A stretch of 64,000 nucleotides of DNA from Gammaproteobacteria bacterium (GCA_028870845.1 JAGWOR010000002.1:51624-115623), one strand, 5' to 3'; numbered from the stretch's first letter, positions 29,210 through 41,504 are shown. A program made the numbers and translations. The notes: generated by a model not told the origin, from the sequence alone.

Positions 29210-30367
29210 TTGGAACAGCCGGCCATCCTGGCTCTCGAGGACGGTTCGATATTCCGGGGTATTTCCATTGGCACCGCAGGCCTGACATCCGGCGAAGTCG
29301 TATTCAATACTTCCATGACCGGCTACCAGGAGATCCTCACGGATCCATCCTACTGCCGGCAGCTGATCACCTTCACTTATCCGCATATCGGCAATACCGG
29401 CATCAACCAGCCGGATTGTGAATCCACGCGGGTCATGGCCGCTGGCCTGATCATCCGCGATCTTGCCATGCAGTTGAGCAATTGGCGCTCCGAGATGTCA
29501 CTCATGGACTACCTGCGCAAGGAAAAACTGGTTGCGATCGCCGGTATCGATACCCGCAAACTGACCCGGTTGCTGCGGGACAAGGGCGCGCAAAATGGCT
29601 GCATCGTTGCCGGCCCGGAGTCCAACGAAGCTTCCGCATTAGCCGCAGCGCGGGCATTTCCAGGGCTCAAGGGCATGGATTTGGCCAAGCTGGTAAGCAC
29701 CAAGCAACCCTACACCTGGGATGCAGGCAGCTGGCAATTGGGAGATGATGCGAGCCTCAAGCACAAAAACCGAGACCTTCACGTGGTTGCCTATGATTAC
29801 GGCATCAAACGCAACATCCTGAGGATCCTGGTGGATCACGGCTGCCGGGTCACTGTGGTACCGGCAACCTGCGGCGTCCAGGATGCCCTGGCGCTGCGAC
29901 CCGACGGTTTGTTCTTATCCAATGGTCCGGGCGACCCGGAACCCTGTGATTACGCCATCAGTGGCATACGTGAATTCCTGAAAACCGGAATACCCGTCTT
30001 CGGCATCTGCCTCGGGCACCAGCTGCTGGGGCTTGCCAGCGGAGCCAGGACGGTAAAAATGAAATTTGGCCACCATGGCGCCAATCACCCGGTCATCGAC
30101 CTGGACAGTGGACGGGTGATGATTTCCAGCCAGAACCACGGTTTTGCCGTGGATGAGGCCACATTGCCGCCAACGCTGCGAGCCACGCATCGCTCGCTGT
30201 TCGACGGCACCCTGCAGGGCATGGAGCGCACCGATTGCGAAGCCTTCAGTTTTCAGGGACACCCAGAAGCCAGTCCCGGACCGCATGACGTCAAACCCCT
30301 GTTTGAACGCTTCATCCGCGCCATGCAGCTACGCCGGACGCAAACCAAAAGCGCTATTGCCAGCTGA
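29210..30367 (+). CDS. carA: Carbamoyl-phosphate synthase small subunit
   Basis: [35 protein letters not shown]; TTG start after GAGGAGG. Confidence 0.98.
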   Translation: MEQPAILALEDGSIFRGISIGTAGLTSGEVVFNTSMTGYQEILTDPSYCRQLITFTYPHIGNTGINQPDCESTRVMAAGLIIRDLAMQLSNWRSEMSLMDYLRKEKLVAIAGIDTRKLTRLLRDKGAQNGCIVAGPESNEASALAAARAFPGLKGMDLAKLVSTKQPYTWDAGSWQLGDDASLKHKNRDLHVVAYDYGIKRNILRILVDHGCRVTVVPATCGVQDALALRPDGLFLSNGPGDPEPCDYAISGIREFLKTGIPVFGICLGHQLLGLASGARTVKMKFGHHGANHPVIDLDSGRVMISSQNHGFAVDEATLPPTLRATHRSLFDGTLQGMERTDCEAFSFQGHPEASPGPHDVKPLFERFIRAMQLRRTQTKSAIAS

Positions 30368-30466
30368 ACCATGAAAACCCATTCGCCCATCCCCAGACGC
30401 TCAGCTACGCGCCAGGCATGCTGCGGCCTGCAGGATCTGACCTGGTGTAGCGTAAGGCCGCGATAA

Positions 30467-33400
30467 ATGCCTAAACGCACGGACATCAAGAGCATTCTGA
30501 TCATCGGCGCCGGACCCATTGTCATCGGCCAGGCGTGCGAGTTCGATTATTCCGGTGCCCAGGCATGCAAAGCCTTGCGTGAAGAGGGTTTGCGTGTGGT
30601 GCTGGTAAATTCCAACCCGGCAACCATCATGACGGATCCCGGCAGCGCGGATGCGGTTTATATCGAACCGATTCACTGGCGCACCATAGAGCGCATCATC
30701 GAAAAGGAACGCCCGGATGCCTTGTTGCCCACCATGGGCGGGCAAACGGCGCTCAACTGTGCGCTTGACCTGGTGCGTGAAGGCGTGCTGGCTAAATACC
30801 ATGTGGAGATGATCGGCGCCTCCCGGGAGGCCATCGACATGGCAGAAGACCGGGACCTGTTCCGGCGGGCCATGCAGGAAATCGGGCTGGCAGTACCGCG
30901 CGCCGGCCTGGCGCACAACATGGAAGAAGCGCTGGCGGTGCAAGCGGAAATCGGTTTCCCCACCATCATCCGGCCGTCATTCACGCTGGGCGGCTCAGGC
31001 GGCGGCATCGCCTATAACCGCGATGAGTTCGTGGAAATCTGCGAACTGGGCCTGGACCTGTCACCCACCAATGAACTGCTGATCGAAGAATCTGTCCTGG
31101 GCTGGAAGGAATTCGAGATGGAGGTGGTGCGCGACCGCAAGGATAACTGCATCATCGTGTGCTCCATAGAAAATTTTGATCCCATGGGCGTGCATACCGG
31201 TGATTCCATCACCGTAGCGCCCGCCCAGACCCTGACGGACAAGGAATATCAGATCATGCGCGACGCATCACTGGCGGTGTTGCGCAAGGTCGGGGTGGAA
31301 ACCGGCGGATCGAATGTCCAGTTCGCCGTCAATCCTGAAGATGGCAAGCTGCTGGTCATCGAAATGAACCCGCGCGTTTCGCGCTCATCGGCCCTGGCGT
31401 CCAAGGCCACCGGGTTTCCGATCGCAAAAGTGGCTGCCAAGCTTGCCATTGGCTATACGCTCGATGAACTTAAGAACGAAATTACCGGCGGTGCAACCCC
31501 GGCGTCATTCGAGCCCAGCATCGATTATGTGGTGACCAAAGTTCCGCGATTCACCTTTGAAAAATTTCCACAGGCGGAGCCCAGGCTGACCACGCAGATG
31601 AAATCCGTGGGCGAGGTCATGGCTATTGGGCGTACTTTTCAGGAATCCCTGCAAAAAGCCCTGCGGGGACTGGAAACCGGCAGCCATGGATTTGAGCCAC
31701 AGATGGCGGATTTCGACGCACCAGGTGCCATGGACATGCTGCGGCATGAGCTACGGGCCCCGGGTCCGGTGCGCCTGTGGTTCGTGGCTGACGCATTCCG
31801 CGCCGGCTTATCCCTTGCTGAGGTTTCCTCCCAAACCCGAATTGACCCATGGTTTCTGGCGCAGATCGAAGATTTGGTGCGCGAAGAGGCCGCGGTAGCC
31901 GGCGCAGGACGTACACATCTGGATGCCCAACGGCTGCGCAGCTTAAAACGCAAGGGCTTTTCGGACAACCGTTTGGCAGCTTTGCTGGGTTGTGGTGAAA
32001 GCGAGATCCGGCAACTACGCCAACGTCACGGCATCCGGCCTGTGTACAAGCGTGTGGATTCCTGTGCCGCGGAATTCGCCTCTGCCACAGCCTACATGTA
32101 TTCCACTTATGAGGATGAATGTGAAGCGGCTCCGGATAAACGCAAAAAAATCGTGGTCTTAGGCGGCGGACCCAACCGCATCGGGCAGGGAATTGAGTTC
32201 GATTATTGCTGTGTACACGCGGCCTTGGCACTGCGGGAAGATGGCTATGAAACCATTATGGTGAACTGCAATCCTGAAACGGTATCCACGGATTACGACA
32301 CATCGGACCGTTTGTATTTCGAACCGCTGACGTTCGAAGACGTAATGGAAATCATCGACCTGGAGCAGCCGCAAGGCGTGATCGTGCAGTTCGGTGGCCA
32401 GACTCCGCTGAAACTGGCCCGGGCCCTGGCAGCAGCGGGTGCTCCGATAATCGGCACTTCACCGGACAGCATCGACTGCGCCGAGGATCGCGAGCGGTTT
32501 TCTAAGCTGGTTGACAGCCTCGGCCTGTTGCAGCCGCCGGCCCGAAGCGCCCATAACGTCGAGGAAGCCGTGCAGCTGGCCCGCGAAGTCGGTTTTCCAT
32601 TGATGCTGCGGCCTTCCTACGTGCTGGGCGGGCGTGCAATGGAAGTGGTGTTCAATGAAAAAGACCTGATGGACTACATCCGGAATGCCGTGCAGGTATC
32701 CAATGCATCCCCAGTGCTCATGGATCGGTTTCTGGAGGACGCCATTGAGGTGGATGTGGATGCGGTTTCCGACGGCAGGGAAGTGCTAATCGGCGGCATC
32801 ATGGAGCACGTCGAGCAGGCGGGTATCCACTCCGGCGATTCCGGATGTTCACTGCCGCCTAACACCCTGCCAGCTGTAATGCAGGATCAGATTCGTGATC
32901 AAACCAGGCAATTAGCCAAAGCACTGGATGTTGTCGGCCTGATGAATATCCAGTTCGCGATCCAGGGTGACAAGCTGTTCATACTTGAGGTCAATCCACG
33001 GGCATCGCGAACTGCGCCTTTTGTATCCAAAGCCGTAGGTTTGCCGCTGGCGAAGATCGCAGCACGTTGCATGGTCGGCAAAAGCCTGAAGCAGCAGGCA
33101 GTCAATAAGATCCCAGTGCCTGGCTATTTTTCCGTTAAACAGCCGGTCTACCCATTCATCAAATTCCGCGGCGTGGATCCTATTCTTGGACCGGAAATGA
33201 AATCCACCGGCGAGGTGATGGGCACCGGACGCAGTTTCGGCGAAGCCTATGCCAAGGCCCAGCTGGCTTCCGGCGTCATCATCCCAACTGCGGGCAAGGC
33301 ATTGCTTTCAGTTCGCGAGCAGGACAAACCCGCTGCCATCAGCCTGGCGCGAGCACTGGTGGAACGCGGATTTAAATTGGTCGCCACCCATGGCACCGCC

Positions 33401-33688
33401 GCGGCACTGGAAGCCGCAGGCGTAACCTGCGAACATGTCAATAAAGTGCGGGAAGGAAGGCCGCATGTGGTGGACCTTATCAAAAATGAGGAGGTCAACC
33501 TGATCGTAAACACCACCGAAGGCAAACAGGCCATACTTGAGTCCAACTCGATACGCGGTGAAGCGGTTTTCCATAAGATTACCTACTACACCACAATTGC
33601 CGCCGCCAAGGCCACGGTCATCGCTTTGGATTATCTGGAATCGGCCGATGTGAATAAATTGCAGGATCTGCATCGGGAGCTCGCATAA
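30467..33688 (+). CDS. carB: Carbamoyl-phosphate synthase large subunit
   Basis: [30 protein letters not shown], duplicated ATP-grasp halves. Confidence 0.99.
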   Translation: MPKRTDIKSILIIGAGPIVIGQACEFDYSGAQACKALREEGLRVVLVNSNPATIMTDPGSADAVYIEPIHWRTIERIIEKERPDALLPTMGGQTALNCALDLVREGVLAKYHVEMIGASREAIDMAEDRDLFRRAMQEIGLAVPRAGLAHNMEEALAVQAEIGFPTIIRPSFTLGGSGGGIAYNRDEFVEICELGLDLSPTNELLIEESVLGWKEFEMEVVRDRKDNCIIVCSIENFDPMGVHTGDSITVAPAQTLTDKEYQIMRDASLAVLRKVGVETGGSNVQFAVNPEDGKLLVIEMNPRVSRSSALASKATGFPIAKVAAKLAIGYTLDELKNEITGGATPASFEPSIDYVVTKVPRFTFEKFPQAEPRLTTQMKSVGEVMAIGRTFQESLQKALRGLETGSHGFEPQMADFDAPGAMDMLRHELRAPGPVRLWFVADAFRAGLSLAEVSSQTRIDPWFLAQIEDLVREEAAVAGAGRTHLDAQRLRSLKRKGFSDNRLAALLGCGESEIRQLRQRHGIRPVYKRVDSCAAEFASATAYMYSTYEDECEAAPDKRKKIVVLGGGPNRIGQGIEFDYCCVHAALALREDGYETIMVNCNPETVSTDYDTSDRLYFEPLTFEDVMEIIDLEQPQGVIVQFGGQTPLKLARALAAAGAPIIGTSPDSIDCAEDRERFSKLVDSLGLLQPPARSAHNVEEAVQLAREVGFPLMLRPSYVLGGRAMEVVFNEKDLMDYIRNAVQVSNASPVLMDRFLEDAIEVDVDAVSDGREVLIGGIMEHVEQAGIHSGDSGCSLPPNTLPAVMQDQIRDQTRQLAKALDVVGLMNIQFAIQGDKLFILEVNPRASRTAPFVSKAVGLPLAKIAARCMVGKSLKQQAVNKIPVPGYFSVKQPVYPFIKFRGVDPILGPEMKSTGEVMGTGRSFGEAYAKAQLASGVIIPTAGKALLSVREQDKPAAISLARALVERGFKLVATHGTAAALEAAGVTCEHVNKVREGRPHVVDLIKNEEVNLIVNTTEGKQAILESNSIRGEAVFHKITYYTTIAAAKATVIALDYLESADVNKLQDLHRELA

Positions 33689-34164
33689 TGGCGAAAACAC
33701 CATTGACCGTACATGGTGCCGAGAAATTGCGGGAGGAGCTCAAGCGCCTGAAAGGTGAAGATCGCCCACGCATCATCAAGGCAATCGCCGAGGCCCGCGC
33801 CCATGGGGATCTGAGTGAAAATGCTGAATACCACGCGGCCCGCGAACAGCAGAGTTTTATCGAAGGCAGAATTCTGGAACTGGAGTCGAAGCTTTCGAAT
33901 GCCGAGATCATCGACCTGAGCAAAATCAATGCGAATGGCAAGGTGGTGTTCGGTTGCACCGTGATGCTCGAAGATGAGGAAAATGGCAGTGAGGCCACCT
34001 ATCAGATCGTCGGTGAGGACGAAGCTGAAATTAAAGCCGGCAGAATTTCGATTAACTCGCCTCTGGCGCGCGCACTTATCGGCAAGCAGCAGGGTGATCT
34101 GGTTGTGGTCAGAACTCCTACTGGAGAGCGGCGTCTTGAAATAATCGATGTTCGCTATGCATGA
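33688..34164 (+). CDS. greA: Transcription elongation factor GreA
   Basis: [23 protein letters not shown]. Confidence 0.98.
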   Translation: MAKTPLTVHGAEKLREELKRLKGEDRPRIIKAIAEARAHGDLSENAEYHAAREQQSFIEGRILELESKLSNAEIIDLSKINANGKVVFGCTVMLEDEENGSEATYQIVGEDEAEIKAGRISINSPLARALIGKQQGDLVVVRTPTGERRLEIIDVRYA

Positions 34165-34231
34165 CGGCGCATACCCGTGGCGCGGCGGATCGATCCTGCC
34201 GGTTGTTACCAGCCGGATTTGACAGGTAACA

Positions 34232-34855
34232 ATGCCCAAACGCACCAATAGCAGTGCCCGCTGGCTGGCCGAACATTTTTCCGATGTCTATGTAAAACGC
34301 GCCCAACAGGGCGGCTGGCGTTCGCGCTCAGTATTTAAACTCGAGGAAATCCAGCGGCGTGACCATCTAATCAAGCGCGGCATGACCATTGTTGACCTGG
34401 GTGCGGCACCGGGTGGATGGAGTCAGTACGCCGCCGGGATACTGGCGGGGCATGGAAAAATACTGGCCCTGGATATTCTCCCAATGGAGCCCCTGCCGGG
34501 CGTGGAATTTCTCCAGGGTGATTTCACCGAGGAGACGGTGGTGCGGCAGCTGCGTGAACGTCTGCACGCTGGTCTGGCTGACCTTGTATTTTCGGATATG
34601 GCCCCCAATATCAGCGGAGATGAAGCCGTGGACCAGCCCAGATTCATGCATCTGGTGGAGCAGGCCGGTGAGTTTGCCCGTTCAGTCCTGGCTCCACAGG
34701 GCATTTTCCTGGTCAAGGTATTTCAGGGCGCGGGGTTCCCGGCCTACCTTCAGGACCTGAGGGCCGGATTCCAAAAGGTCGCCATCCGCAAACCCAAGGC
34801 TTCACGCAGCCGCAGCCGGGAGCTGTATTTATTGGCTAAAAACCCAAGGGTGTAG
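34232..34855 (+). CDS. rlmE: 23S rRNA Um2552 methyltransferase
   Basis: [31 protein letters not shown]. Confidence 0.97.
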   Translation: MPKRTNSSARWLAEHFSDVYVKRAQQGGWRSRSVFKLEEIQRRDHLIKRGMTIVDLGAAPGGWSQYAAGILAGHGKILALDILPMEPLPGVEFLQGDFTEETVVRQLRERLHAGLADLVFSDMAPNISGDEAVDQPRFMHLVEQAGEFARSVLAPQGIFLVKVFQGAGFPAYLQDLRAGFQKVAIRKPKASRSRSRELYLLAKNPRV

Positions 34856-34919
34856 TACTGTTTTCATGTTGAATCAGGCCGCTTTCAGCAGGCCCGTGAC
34901 CACCGTGAGGTAATTGAAT

Positions 34920-36854
34920 TTGAACGACTTTCTCAAATCACTGATCATCTGGATTCTGATCGCAGTTGTGCTGCTGGCGGTGTTCAACAGTTTTACATCC
35001 AGCAGCAGCAAAACCCAGGCAATCGCCTACTCCAGTTTCCTCACGGATGTACAGGACGGCAGTGTCACGTCGGTTACATTCGATGGCCGCAACATCAGCG
35101 GCAGCCTGTCCTCCGGCGAGAAATTCAGCACCTACAGCCCGGTGATATCCGACTTTTCGCCGCTGGTGGACAACCTGCGGAAGAACAACGCCAATGTAAA
35201 AATCGAAGCCAGGCCGCCGGAACAAACCTCATGGTTTATGCAGATACTTATCTCTTGGGCACCGATGCTGCTGTTAGTCGCCGTATGGATTTATTTCATG
35301 CGCCAAATGACGGGCGGCGCCAGCGGACGCGGCGCCATGTCGTTCGGCAAAAGCCGGGCGCGCATGTTGGGCGAAGACCAGGTGAAGATCAATTTCAGTG
35401 ACGTTGCCGGGGTCGAGGAAGCCAAGGAGGAGGTGGCGGAGCTGGTGGAATTCCTGCGTGATCCTGGCAAGTTCCAGAAATTGGGCGGGCGCATTCCGCG
35501 CGGCGTATTGATGGTGGGTTCCCCTGGAACCGGCAAGACCTTGCTGGCCAAAGCCATTGCCGGGGAAGCCAAGGTGCCATTCTTCAGCATCTCGGGCTCG
35601 GACTTTGTGGAGATGTTCGTGGGCGTGGGCGCTTCCCGGGTACGTGACATGTTCGAGCAGGCCAAGAAGCATGCCCCGTGCATTATTTTCATCGATGAAA
35701 TTGATGCCGTAGGCCGGCACCGGGGCGCTGGCCTGGGCGGTGGACATGATGAGCGCGAGCAGACGCTCAATCAGCTGCTGGTGGAGATGGACGGCTTCGA
35801 GGGCAGCGAGGGTGTAATCGTGATCGCCGCAACCAACCGTCCCGATGTGCTGGATCCAGCCTTGTTGAGGCCGGGCCGTTTTGACCGTCAGGTTGTGGTG
35901 CCATTGCCGGATGTGCGCGGTCGCGAACAGATACTCAAGGTGCATATGCGCAAAGTGCCGATTGCCGATGATGTAAAACCATCCATCATCGCGCGCGGTA
36001 CACCGGGCTTTTCCGGCGCGGATCTCGCCAACCTGGTAAACGAAGCCGCGCTGTTCGCTGCGCGTGTCAATAAACGCAGCGTCAGCATGGATGAATTTGA
36101 AAAGGCCAAGGATAAAATCATGATGGGTGCTGAGCGGCGCTCCATGGTCATGAGCGAGGAAGAAAAGCGTCTGACTGCTTTCCATGAATCCGGTCACGCG
36201 ATTATCGGCCGTCTGGTTCCGGAGCATGATCCGGTTTACAAAGTCAGCATCATTCCGCGCGGCCGCGCATTGGGCATCACCATGTTTCTGCCGGAAGATG
36301 ACCGCTACAGCTACAGCAAGCGCCGCCTGGAAAGCCAGTTATCCAGCCTGTTTGGCGGGCGGGTAGCCGAAGAACTGGTTTTTGGCAAAGATTGCGTGAC
36401 CACAGGGGCTGCCAACGACATCGAGCGTGCCACGCACATTGCCCGTAATATGGTCACTAAATGGGGATTGTCCGAAAAATTGGGTCCGCTCAGTTATGAA
36501 GAGGAAGAGGGCGAGGTATTCCTCGGCCACTCGGTAACCCGACATAAGAACATATCCAGCGACACGCAAAACACCATTGATATGGAGGTGCGCAGCCTTA
36601 TCGACCGGAACTACCAGCGCGCTACACAGCTGCTGACTGATAACCTTGATAAACTTAAAATTATGGCTGATGCCCTGATGAAGTACGAAACGATTGACTC
36701 CAATCAGATCGATGCCATCATGAACGGCAAGCAGCCGGGAGCTCCGCAAGGATGGGATGAAAGCGATCATGGCGGGCACGCGGAGGCTGCAAATGGAACT
36801 TCAGAGATTGCCAAAAAAGACAGCAAAATCGGCGGGCCAGCAAGCCAGCACTGA
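34920..36854 (+). CDS. ftsH: ATP-dependent zinc metalloprotease FtsH
   Basis: Two TMs, [28 protein letters not shown]; TTG start 34920 fits the GAGG SD (34914 alternative). Confidence 0.98.
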   Translation: MNDFLKSLIIWILIAVVLLAVFNSFTSSSSKTQAIAYSSFLTDVQDGSVTSVTFDGRNISGSLSSGEKFSTYSPVISDFSPLVDNLRKNNANVKIEARPPEQTSWFMQILISWAPMLLLVAVWIYFMRQMTGGASGRGAMSFGKSRARMLGEDQVKINFSDVAGVEEAKEEVAELVEFLRDPGKFQKLGGRIPRGVLMVGSPGTGKTLLAKAIAGEAKVPFFSISGSDFVEMFVGVGASRVRDMFEQAKKHAPCIIFIDEIDAVGRHRGAGLGGGHDEREQTLNQLLVEMDGFEGSEGVIVIAATNRPDVLDPALLRPGRFDRQVVVPLPDVRGREQILKVHMRKVPIADDVKPSIIARGTPGFSGADLANLVNEAALFAARVNKRSVSMDEFEKAKDKIMMGAERRSMVMSEEEKRLTAFHESGHAIIGRLVPEHDPVYKVSIIPRGRALGITMFLPEDDRYSYSKRRLESQLSSLFGGRVAEELVFGKDCVTTGAANDIERATHIARNMVTKWGLSEKLGPLSYEEEEGEVFLGHSVTRHKNISSDTQNTIDMEVRSLIDRNYQRATQLLTDNLDKLKIMADALMKYETIDSNQIDAIMNGKQPGAPQGWDESDHGGHAEAANGTSEIAKKDSKIGGPASQH

Positions 36855-36872
36855 TAAAACATGGTGTAATCC

Positions 36873-36901
36873 AAGCCGGCGCCTGCGCCGGCTTTTTATT
36901 T
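36873..36901 (+). terminator. Rho-independent terminator after ftsH
   Basis: AAGCCGGCGC-CT-GCGCCGGCTT plus T run. Confidence 0.75.
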
Positions 36902-36927
36902 GGTCATGATAATCATCGGCAAGCAAC

Positions 36928-37761
36928 ATGCAGCTAGAGTTGCCCGCTAAAACGCTGGACCTGGCCGCGCCCAGAGTCATGGGAGTTTTAAACCGGACCC
37001 CGGATTCATTTTCAGATGCAGGCGCGTTCCAAAATCTGGAAAGTGCTTTACAGCATGCCCTGCGGATGGTCGATGAAGGCGCGGATATCATCGACGTTGG
37101 CGGAGAATCCACCCGTCCCGGCTCTGCCGGTGTTTCAGTCCAGGAGGAATTGGACCGTGTCGTTCCCCTGGTAGAAAGGCTGGTGAGTGTGTCTGAAATT
37201 CCCATATCCATCGACACCAGCAAACCGGAAGTAATGCGCGCAGCGGTCGCTGCCGGTGCGGCCATGATCAATGATGTATATGCATTGCGCAGGCCTGGCG
37301 CGCTTGAGGCAGCACGCGCTTGCGCAGTGCCCGTATGCCTGATGCACATGCAAGGTGAGCCGCGAACCATGCAGAAATCCCCCGCATATGAGGATGTAGT
37401 CGCAGAGGTAAGGCAGTTTCTCGAGGCACGTGTACAGGCATGCGTTTCCGCGGGCATACCGCGGCAAAAGCTTGTCATTGACCCTGGTTTTGGTTTCGGC
37501 AAGACGCTGGCCCATAATCTCGGGCTATTGCGAGATTTAGCTGTATTGACCTCCTTGGAGGTGCCGATATTGGTGGGCTTGTCCCGCAAGTCTATGATCG
37601 GCGCGCTGCTGGGAAATGCGCCGGTGACCGACAGGCTGCAGGGTAGTGTGGTGGCGGCGGTTATTGCAGTATTGCATGGCGCCCGTCTGGTACGAACACA
37701 CGATGTGCTGCCTACAGTACAAGCACTGAGGATTGCCGCCGCGATTTGTGTGCATGAATGA
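36928..37761 (+). CDS. folP: Dihydropteroate synthase
   Basis: MGVLN.TPDSFSD, GGESTRPG, IDPGFGFGK, SRKS. Confidence 0.97.
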   Translation: MQLELPAKTLDLAAPRVMGVLNRTPDSFSDAGAFQNLESALQHALRMVDEGADIIDVGGESTRPGSAGVSVQEELDRVVPLVERLVSVSEIPISIDTSKPEVMRAAVAAGAAMINDVYALRRPGALEAARACAVPVCLMHMQGEPRTMQKSPAYEDVVAEVRQFLEARVQACVSAGIPRQKLVIDPGFGFGKTLAHNLGLLRDLAVLTSLEVPILVGLSRKSMIGALLGNAPVTDRLQGSVVAAVIAVLHGARLVRTHDVLPTVQALRIAAAICVHE

Positions 37762-37793
37762 TAGAATCCAGTGATGCTGCGTTGGCGCCAACC

Positions 37794-39131
37794 ATGACAC
37801 GCAAGTTTTTTGGAACCGACGGCATCCGCGGCCCTGTCGGCAGCCCGCACATGAGCGCGGATTTCGTGTTGCGGCTTGGATGGGCTGCGGGCCGTGTATT
37901 GGCGCCGAACGGTGGCGGTGAGGTTCTGATCGGCAAAGATACGCGGATTTCCGGATACATGTTCGAATCTGCTCTGGAGGCCGGATTATCCGCCGCCGGC
38001 GTCAACGTACAACTGCTGGGTCCAATGCCCACGCCGGCAATTGCCTTCCTCACGCATACCGTAAAAGCACAGGCGGGTATCGTGATTAGCGCCTCGCATA
38101 ATTCCTATCAGGATAACGGCATCAAGTTTTTCTCCGCAGATGGCCGCAAACTTCCGGATGAGGTGGAAATGCGGATTGAGGACACCATCGCCAGCCCATT
38201 CGTAACCGCGCAACCGGACGCCCTGGGCAGTGCAAAGCGCATGACCGACGCCGCCGACCGCTATATGGAATTTTGCCGCACCCGGGTGGCCGCAGGCATT
38301 AGCTTCAATGGCCTGAAGATGGTCATTGACTGCGCCCATGGCGCGACCTACCGCATCGCTCCAGCGCTTTTTAAAAGCATGGGTGCACAGAGTATCAGTA
38401 TCGGCGTGCATCCAGACGGGCTTAACATCAACAGGGATTGCGGTTCTACTCATCCCCAGGGTTTACAACTCAAAGTAAAAGAAACTGGAGCTCAACTCGG
38501 CATCGCCTTCGACGGCGATGGTGACCGCGTCATCATGGTTGACCACAAGGGCGAAATTGTGGATGGCGATCAGATGCTTTACATCATTGCCATGTGGCGC
38601 AAGCAGAAACAGTTACTGCGGGGCCCTGTGGTGGGAACCCAGATGAGCAATCTCGGCCTGGAGCAGGCATTGCAAGCATCCGGCATCGATTTCCGCCGCT
38701 CGCAGGTGGGCGACCGTTACGTACTGGCTATGCTGGAGGAGTGCAACGGGATGCTGGGTGGGGAAAACTCGGGGCATATTTTATGCCTGGACCGTACCAC
38801 CACCGGCGATGGAATAATCTCAGCGCTGCAGGTGCTGGAAGTGATGATTTCATCGGGACGTACATTGAATGACCTGAAATCAGGCATGCACAAGTATCCA
38901 CAATGCCTGGTGAATGTAAAAACACAGCAGCGGGTAGACCTGCAGGATACATCCATTTGCAGGGCTGTTGATGAAGCACAACGACGCCTGGACGGACATG
39001 GCCGTGTTTTACTGCGCCATTCGGGTACTGAACCATTGGTACGGGTCATGGTGGAAGCCGAGGATGTGGGGCTAACGCATCAAATCGCTGATTCCATCGC
39101 AGATGCCGTGCGCGCCGCGGTGAAACATTGA
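37794..39131 (+). CDS. glmM: Phosphoglucosamine mutase
   Basis: FGTDGIRG, GKDTRISGY, ISASHN, DGDGDR; in-frame alternative start 37758 overlaps the folP stop. Confidence 0.97.
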   Translation: MTRKFFGTDGIRGPVGSPHMSADFVLRLGWAAGRVLAPNGGGEVLIGKDTRISGYMFESALEAGLSAAGVNVQLLGPMPTPAIAFLTHTVKAQAGIVISASHNSYQDNGIKFFSADGRKLPDEVEMRIEDTIASPFVTAQPDALGSAKRMTDAADRYMEFCRTRVAAGISFNGLKMVIDCAHGATYRIAPALFKSMGAQSISIGVHPDGLNINRDCGSTHPQGLQLKVKETGAQLGIAFDGDGDRVIMVDHKGEIVDGDQMLYIIAMWRKQKQLLRGPVVGTQMSNLGLEQALQASGIDFRRSQVGDRYVLAMLEECNGMLGGENSGHILCLDRTTTGDGIISALQVLEVMISSGRTLNDLKSGMHKYPQCLVNVKTQQRVDLQDTSICRAVDEAQRRLDGHGRVLLRHSGTEPLVRVMVEAEDVGLTHQIADSIADAVRAAVKH

Positions 39132-39190
39132 TTACAGCCTGGTGACATAATTATGCTGATGCGCTTTTCAATGCCGTGCGGGATCCATCG

Positions 39191-39943
39191 ATGAGAAAAT
39201 TCCTGATTGCAGGTAACTGGAAAATGAATGGCACCCGCGATAGCGCGGTCCAGCTTGCAGATGAAATTGTCCGTGGCTTAGAACCCAGTGAACAGTTGGA
39301 AATACTGGTTTGTCCCCCGTTTATCTTTCTGCTGGAGGTTGCCAGGCGTCTCAAGAACAGCAGGCTGCTGCTGGGTGCACAGGATATATGTGCCGATGAT
39401 AACGGCGCTTATACCGGTGAGGTTTCCGGCAGCATGTTGCGCGAAGCGGAATGCCGTTATGTAATAGTCGGACACTCGGAACGCCGTTCTTTGTATGCGG
39501 AAAACGACAGCCTGGTAGCGCGCAAGTTCATCGCCGCGCAAAATGCCGGGTTGATTCCCATTCTTTGCGTCGGGGAAACCCTGGAGCAGAGACAAAACGG
39601 TCAAACCCACGCCGTGGTCCTCGGGCAGCTAAATGCCGTGTTGGAGGTCGCCGGTTTACAGGCGTTCGGGCATGCGGTAATGGCTTATGAACCTGTATGG
39701 GCGATCGGTACGGGTAAAAACGCTACCCCGGAACAGGCACAGGAAGTTCATGCATCAATACGTGCCAGTCTGGGCTCCAGGGATGCTAAAATAGCCAGCC
39801 GCATACGGCTGTTATATGGTGGCAGCGTCAAGGCTGCAAATGCAGCCGAACTGCTCAAAATGCCTGATATCGACGGCGGTTTGGTAGGCGGAGCTTCCCT
39901 GGAAGCGAAGGAATTTCTTGCCATCTGCAAGGCGGCCGGCTAG
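39191..39943 (+). CDS. tpiA: Triosephosphate isomerase
   Basis: AGNWKMN, GHSERR, AYEPVWAIGTG, YGGSV, LVGGASL. Confidence 0.99.
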   Translation: MRKFLIAGNWKMNGTRDSAVQLADEIVRGLEPSEQLEILVCPPFIFLLEVARRLKNSRLLLGAQDICADDNGAYTGEVSGSMLREAECRYVIVGHSERRSLYAENDSLVARKFIAAQNAGLIPILCVGETLEQRQNGQTHAVVLGQLNAVLEVAGLQAFGHAVMAYEPVWAIGTGKNATPEQAQEVHASIRASLGSRDAKIASRIRLLYGGSVKAANAAELLKMPDIDGGLVGGASLEAKEFLAICKAAG

Positions 39944-39973
39944 CGGCCTTTTGTAGCAAATTCGAGCGGATTT

Positions 39974-40378
39974 ATGCTGTATACAATTCTTGAAATCACA
40001 TTGGTTTTTGTAGCTGTGGCATTGATAATTTTCATATTGCTGCAGCAGGGCAAGGGGGCAGACGCCGGGGCAGCCTTCGGCAGCGGTGCATCCGGGACTG
40101 TTTTTGGGGCGGGAGGCGCAGCGAATTTCCTCAGCCACATAACCGCGGTGCTGGCGGCAATCTTCTTTGTGCTGGCGCTGGCCATGGCCTATATGTCGCA
40201 TCATGTGGCCGCCACTCCACAGAGCATCGTCGAAAAGGCGGCCCAGCAGCAAACCACGGCAGTTAAAACCGCCGGCGCCCCGCCAGCTGCAACACGCACG
40301 AAGCCTGCGGCTAAGAACACGCCACCGGAATCCAAGCCCGCCAGCAACCCGGCGCCTGCAAAACCCCCACTACATTGA
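39974..40378 (+). CDS. secG: Preprotein translocase SecG
   Basis: LLQQGKGADAGAAFGSGASGTVFG. Confidence 0.97.
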   Translation: MLYTILEITLVFVAVALIIFILLQQGKGADAGAAFGSGASGTVFGAGGAANFLSHITAVLAAIFFVLALAMAYMSHHVAATPQSIVEKAAQQQTTAVKTAGAPPAATRTKPAAKNTPPESKPASNPAPAKPPLH

Positions 40379-40502
40379 TTGCAGAAATTCTGCAATGACT
40401 TGGGTCGTGTCAACCGGCATCGTTTTTAACCAGGCGATACGTTAGAATTAAGCCGCTTTGCGGACGGCTGGCAGACGCGCCGGTATCCTGTTTATCCAAA
40501 AT

Positions 40503-40587
40503 GCCGACGTGGTGGAATTGGTAGACACGCTACTTTGAGGTGGTAGTGGGTAAAACCGTGGGAGTTCGAGTCTCCCCGTCGGCACCA
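40503..40587 (+). tRNA. tRNA-Leu (GAG)
   Basis: GCCGACG/CGTCGGC-ACCA acceptor, GGAATTGGTAGAC D-loop, TT-GAG-GT anticodon loop, variable arm, GTTCGAG. Confidence 0.97.
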
Positions 40588-40665
40588 GCATTTCAGCCCA
40601 GATTGGTTTGCGCACCCCGCGCACTCAAACTGGCGTCGGTGCATAGCTTTTGTTGGTAGGAGAGC

Positions 40666-41037
40666 ATGCTACAGAACTACGTCCCCATACTCCTGTTTTT
40701 GATCTGCGGATTCCTTTTTGGTTGCGTGCTGGTCGGAACCGGGTTCATTGCGAGTACCCTGCTGGGCAACCGCCGGCCGGACTCAGAAAAGCAATCACCT
40801 TACGAATGCGGTTTCGAGCCGTTTGAAGACACCCGGATGAAATTTGATGTCCGCTACTACCTGGTGGCGATCATATTCATCATGTTCGATCTGGAAACGG
40901 CCTTTCTGTTTCCCTGGGCCGTTTCCCTGCGTAACATCGGTGTGTTCGGCTTCATCTCGATGCTGATATTTCTCGTCATCGTCATGGTCGTCGGTTTCGC
41001 CTATGAGTGGAAGAAAGGGGCTCTGGAGTGGGAGTAG
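40666..41037 (+). CDS. nuoA: NADH-quinone oxidoreductase subunit A
   Basis: [33 protein letters not shown]. Confidence 0.97.
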   Translation: MLQNYVPILLFLICGFLFGCVLVGTGFIASTLLGNRRPDSEKQSPYECGFEPFEDTRMKFDVRYYLVAIIFIMFDLETAFLFPWAVSLRNIGVFGFISMLIFLVIVMVVGFAYEWKKGALEWE

Positions 41038-41504
41038 ACGGGATCCAACAGAAAGGATTTGTAACCACCGGCGTGGACGCCCTGGTCAATTGGGCGCGTA
41101 CCGGCTCACTCTGGCCCATGACCTTCGGTCTGGCGTGTTGTGCCATAGAGATGATGCATGCGGGGGCGTCACGCTACGACCTGGACCGGTTTGGCGTGAT
41201 TTTCCGACCCAGCCCGAGGCAATCAGACGTAATGATCGTGGCCGGCACGTTGGTCAATAAAATGGCTCCGGCGCTGCGTAAAGTCTATGACCAGATGGCC
41301 GAACCGCGCTGGGTGATTTCCATGGGTTCGTGTGCAAATGGCGGCGGTTATTACCACTATTCCTATTCTGTGGTGCGCGGGTGCGATCGGATAGTTCCCG
41401 TAGATGTCTATGTGCCCGGCTGCCCGCCGAGCGCCGAGCAGCTGCTCTACGGCATCATTCAGTTACAGAAGAAAATAAAGCGTACCAACACTATCGCACG
41501 TTGA
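41028..41504 (+). CDS. nuoB: NADH-quinone oxidoreductase subunit B
   Basis: [32 protein letters not shown]. Confidence 0.97.
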   Translation: MGVDGIQQKGFVTTGVDALVNWARTGSLWPMTFGLACCAIEMMHAGASRYDLDRFGVIFRPSPRQSDVMIVAGTLVNKMAPALRKVYDQMAEPRWVISMGSCANGGGYYHYSYSVVRGCDRIVPVDVYVPGCPPSAEQLLYGIIQLQKKIKRTNTIAR

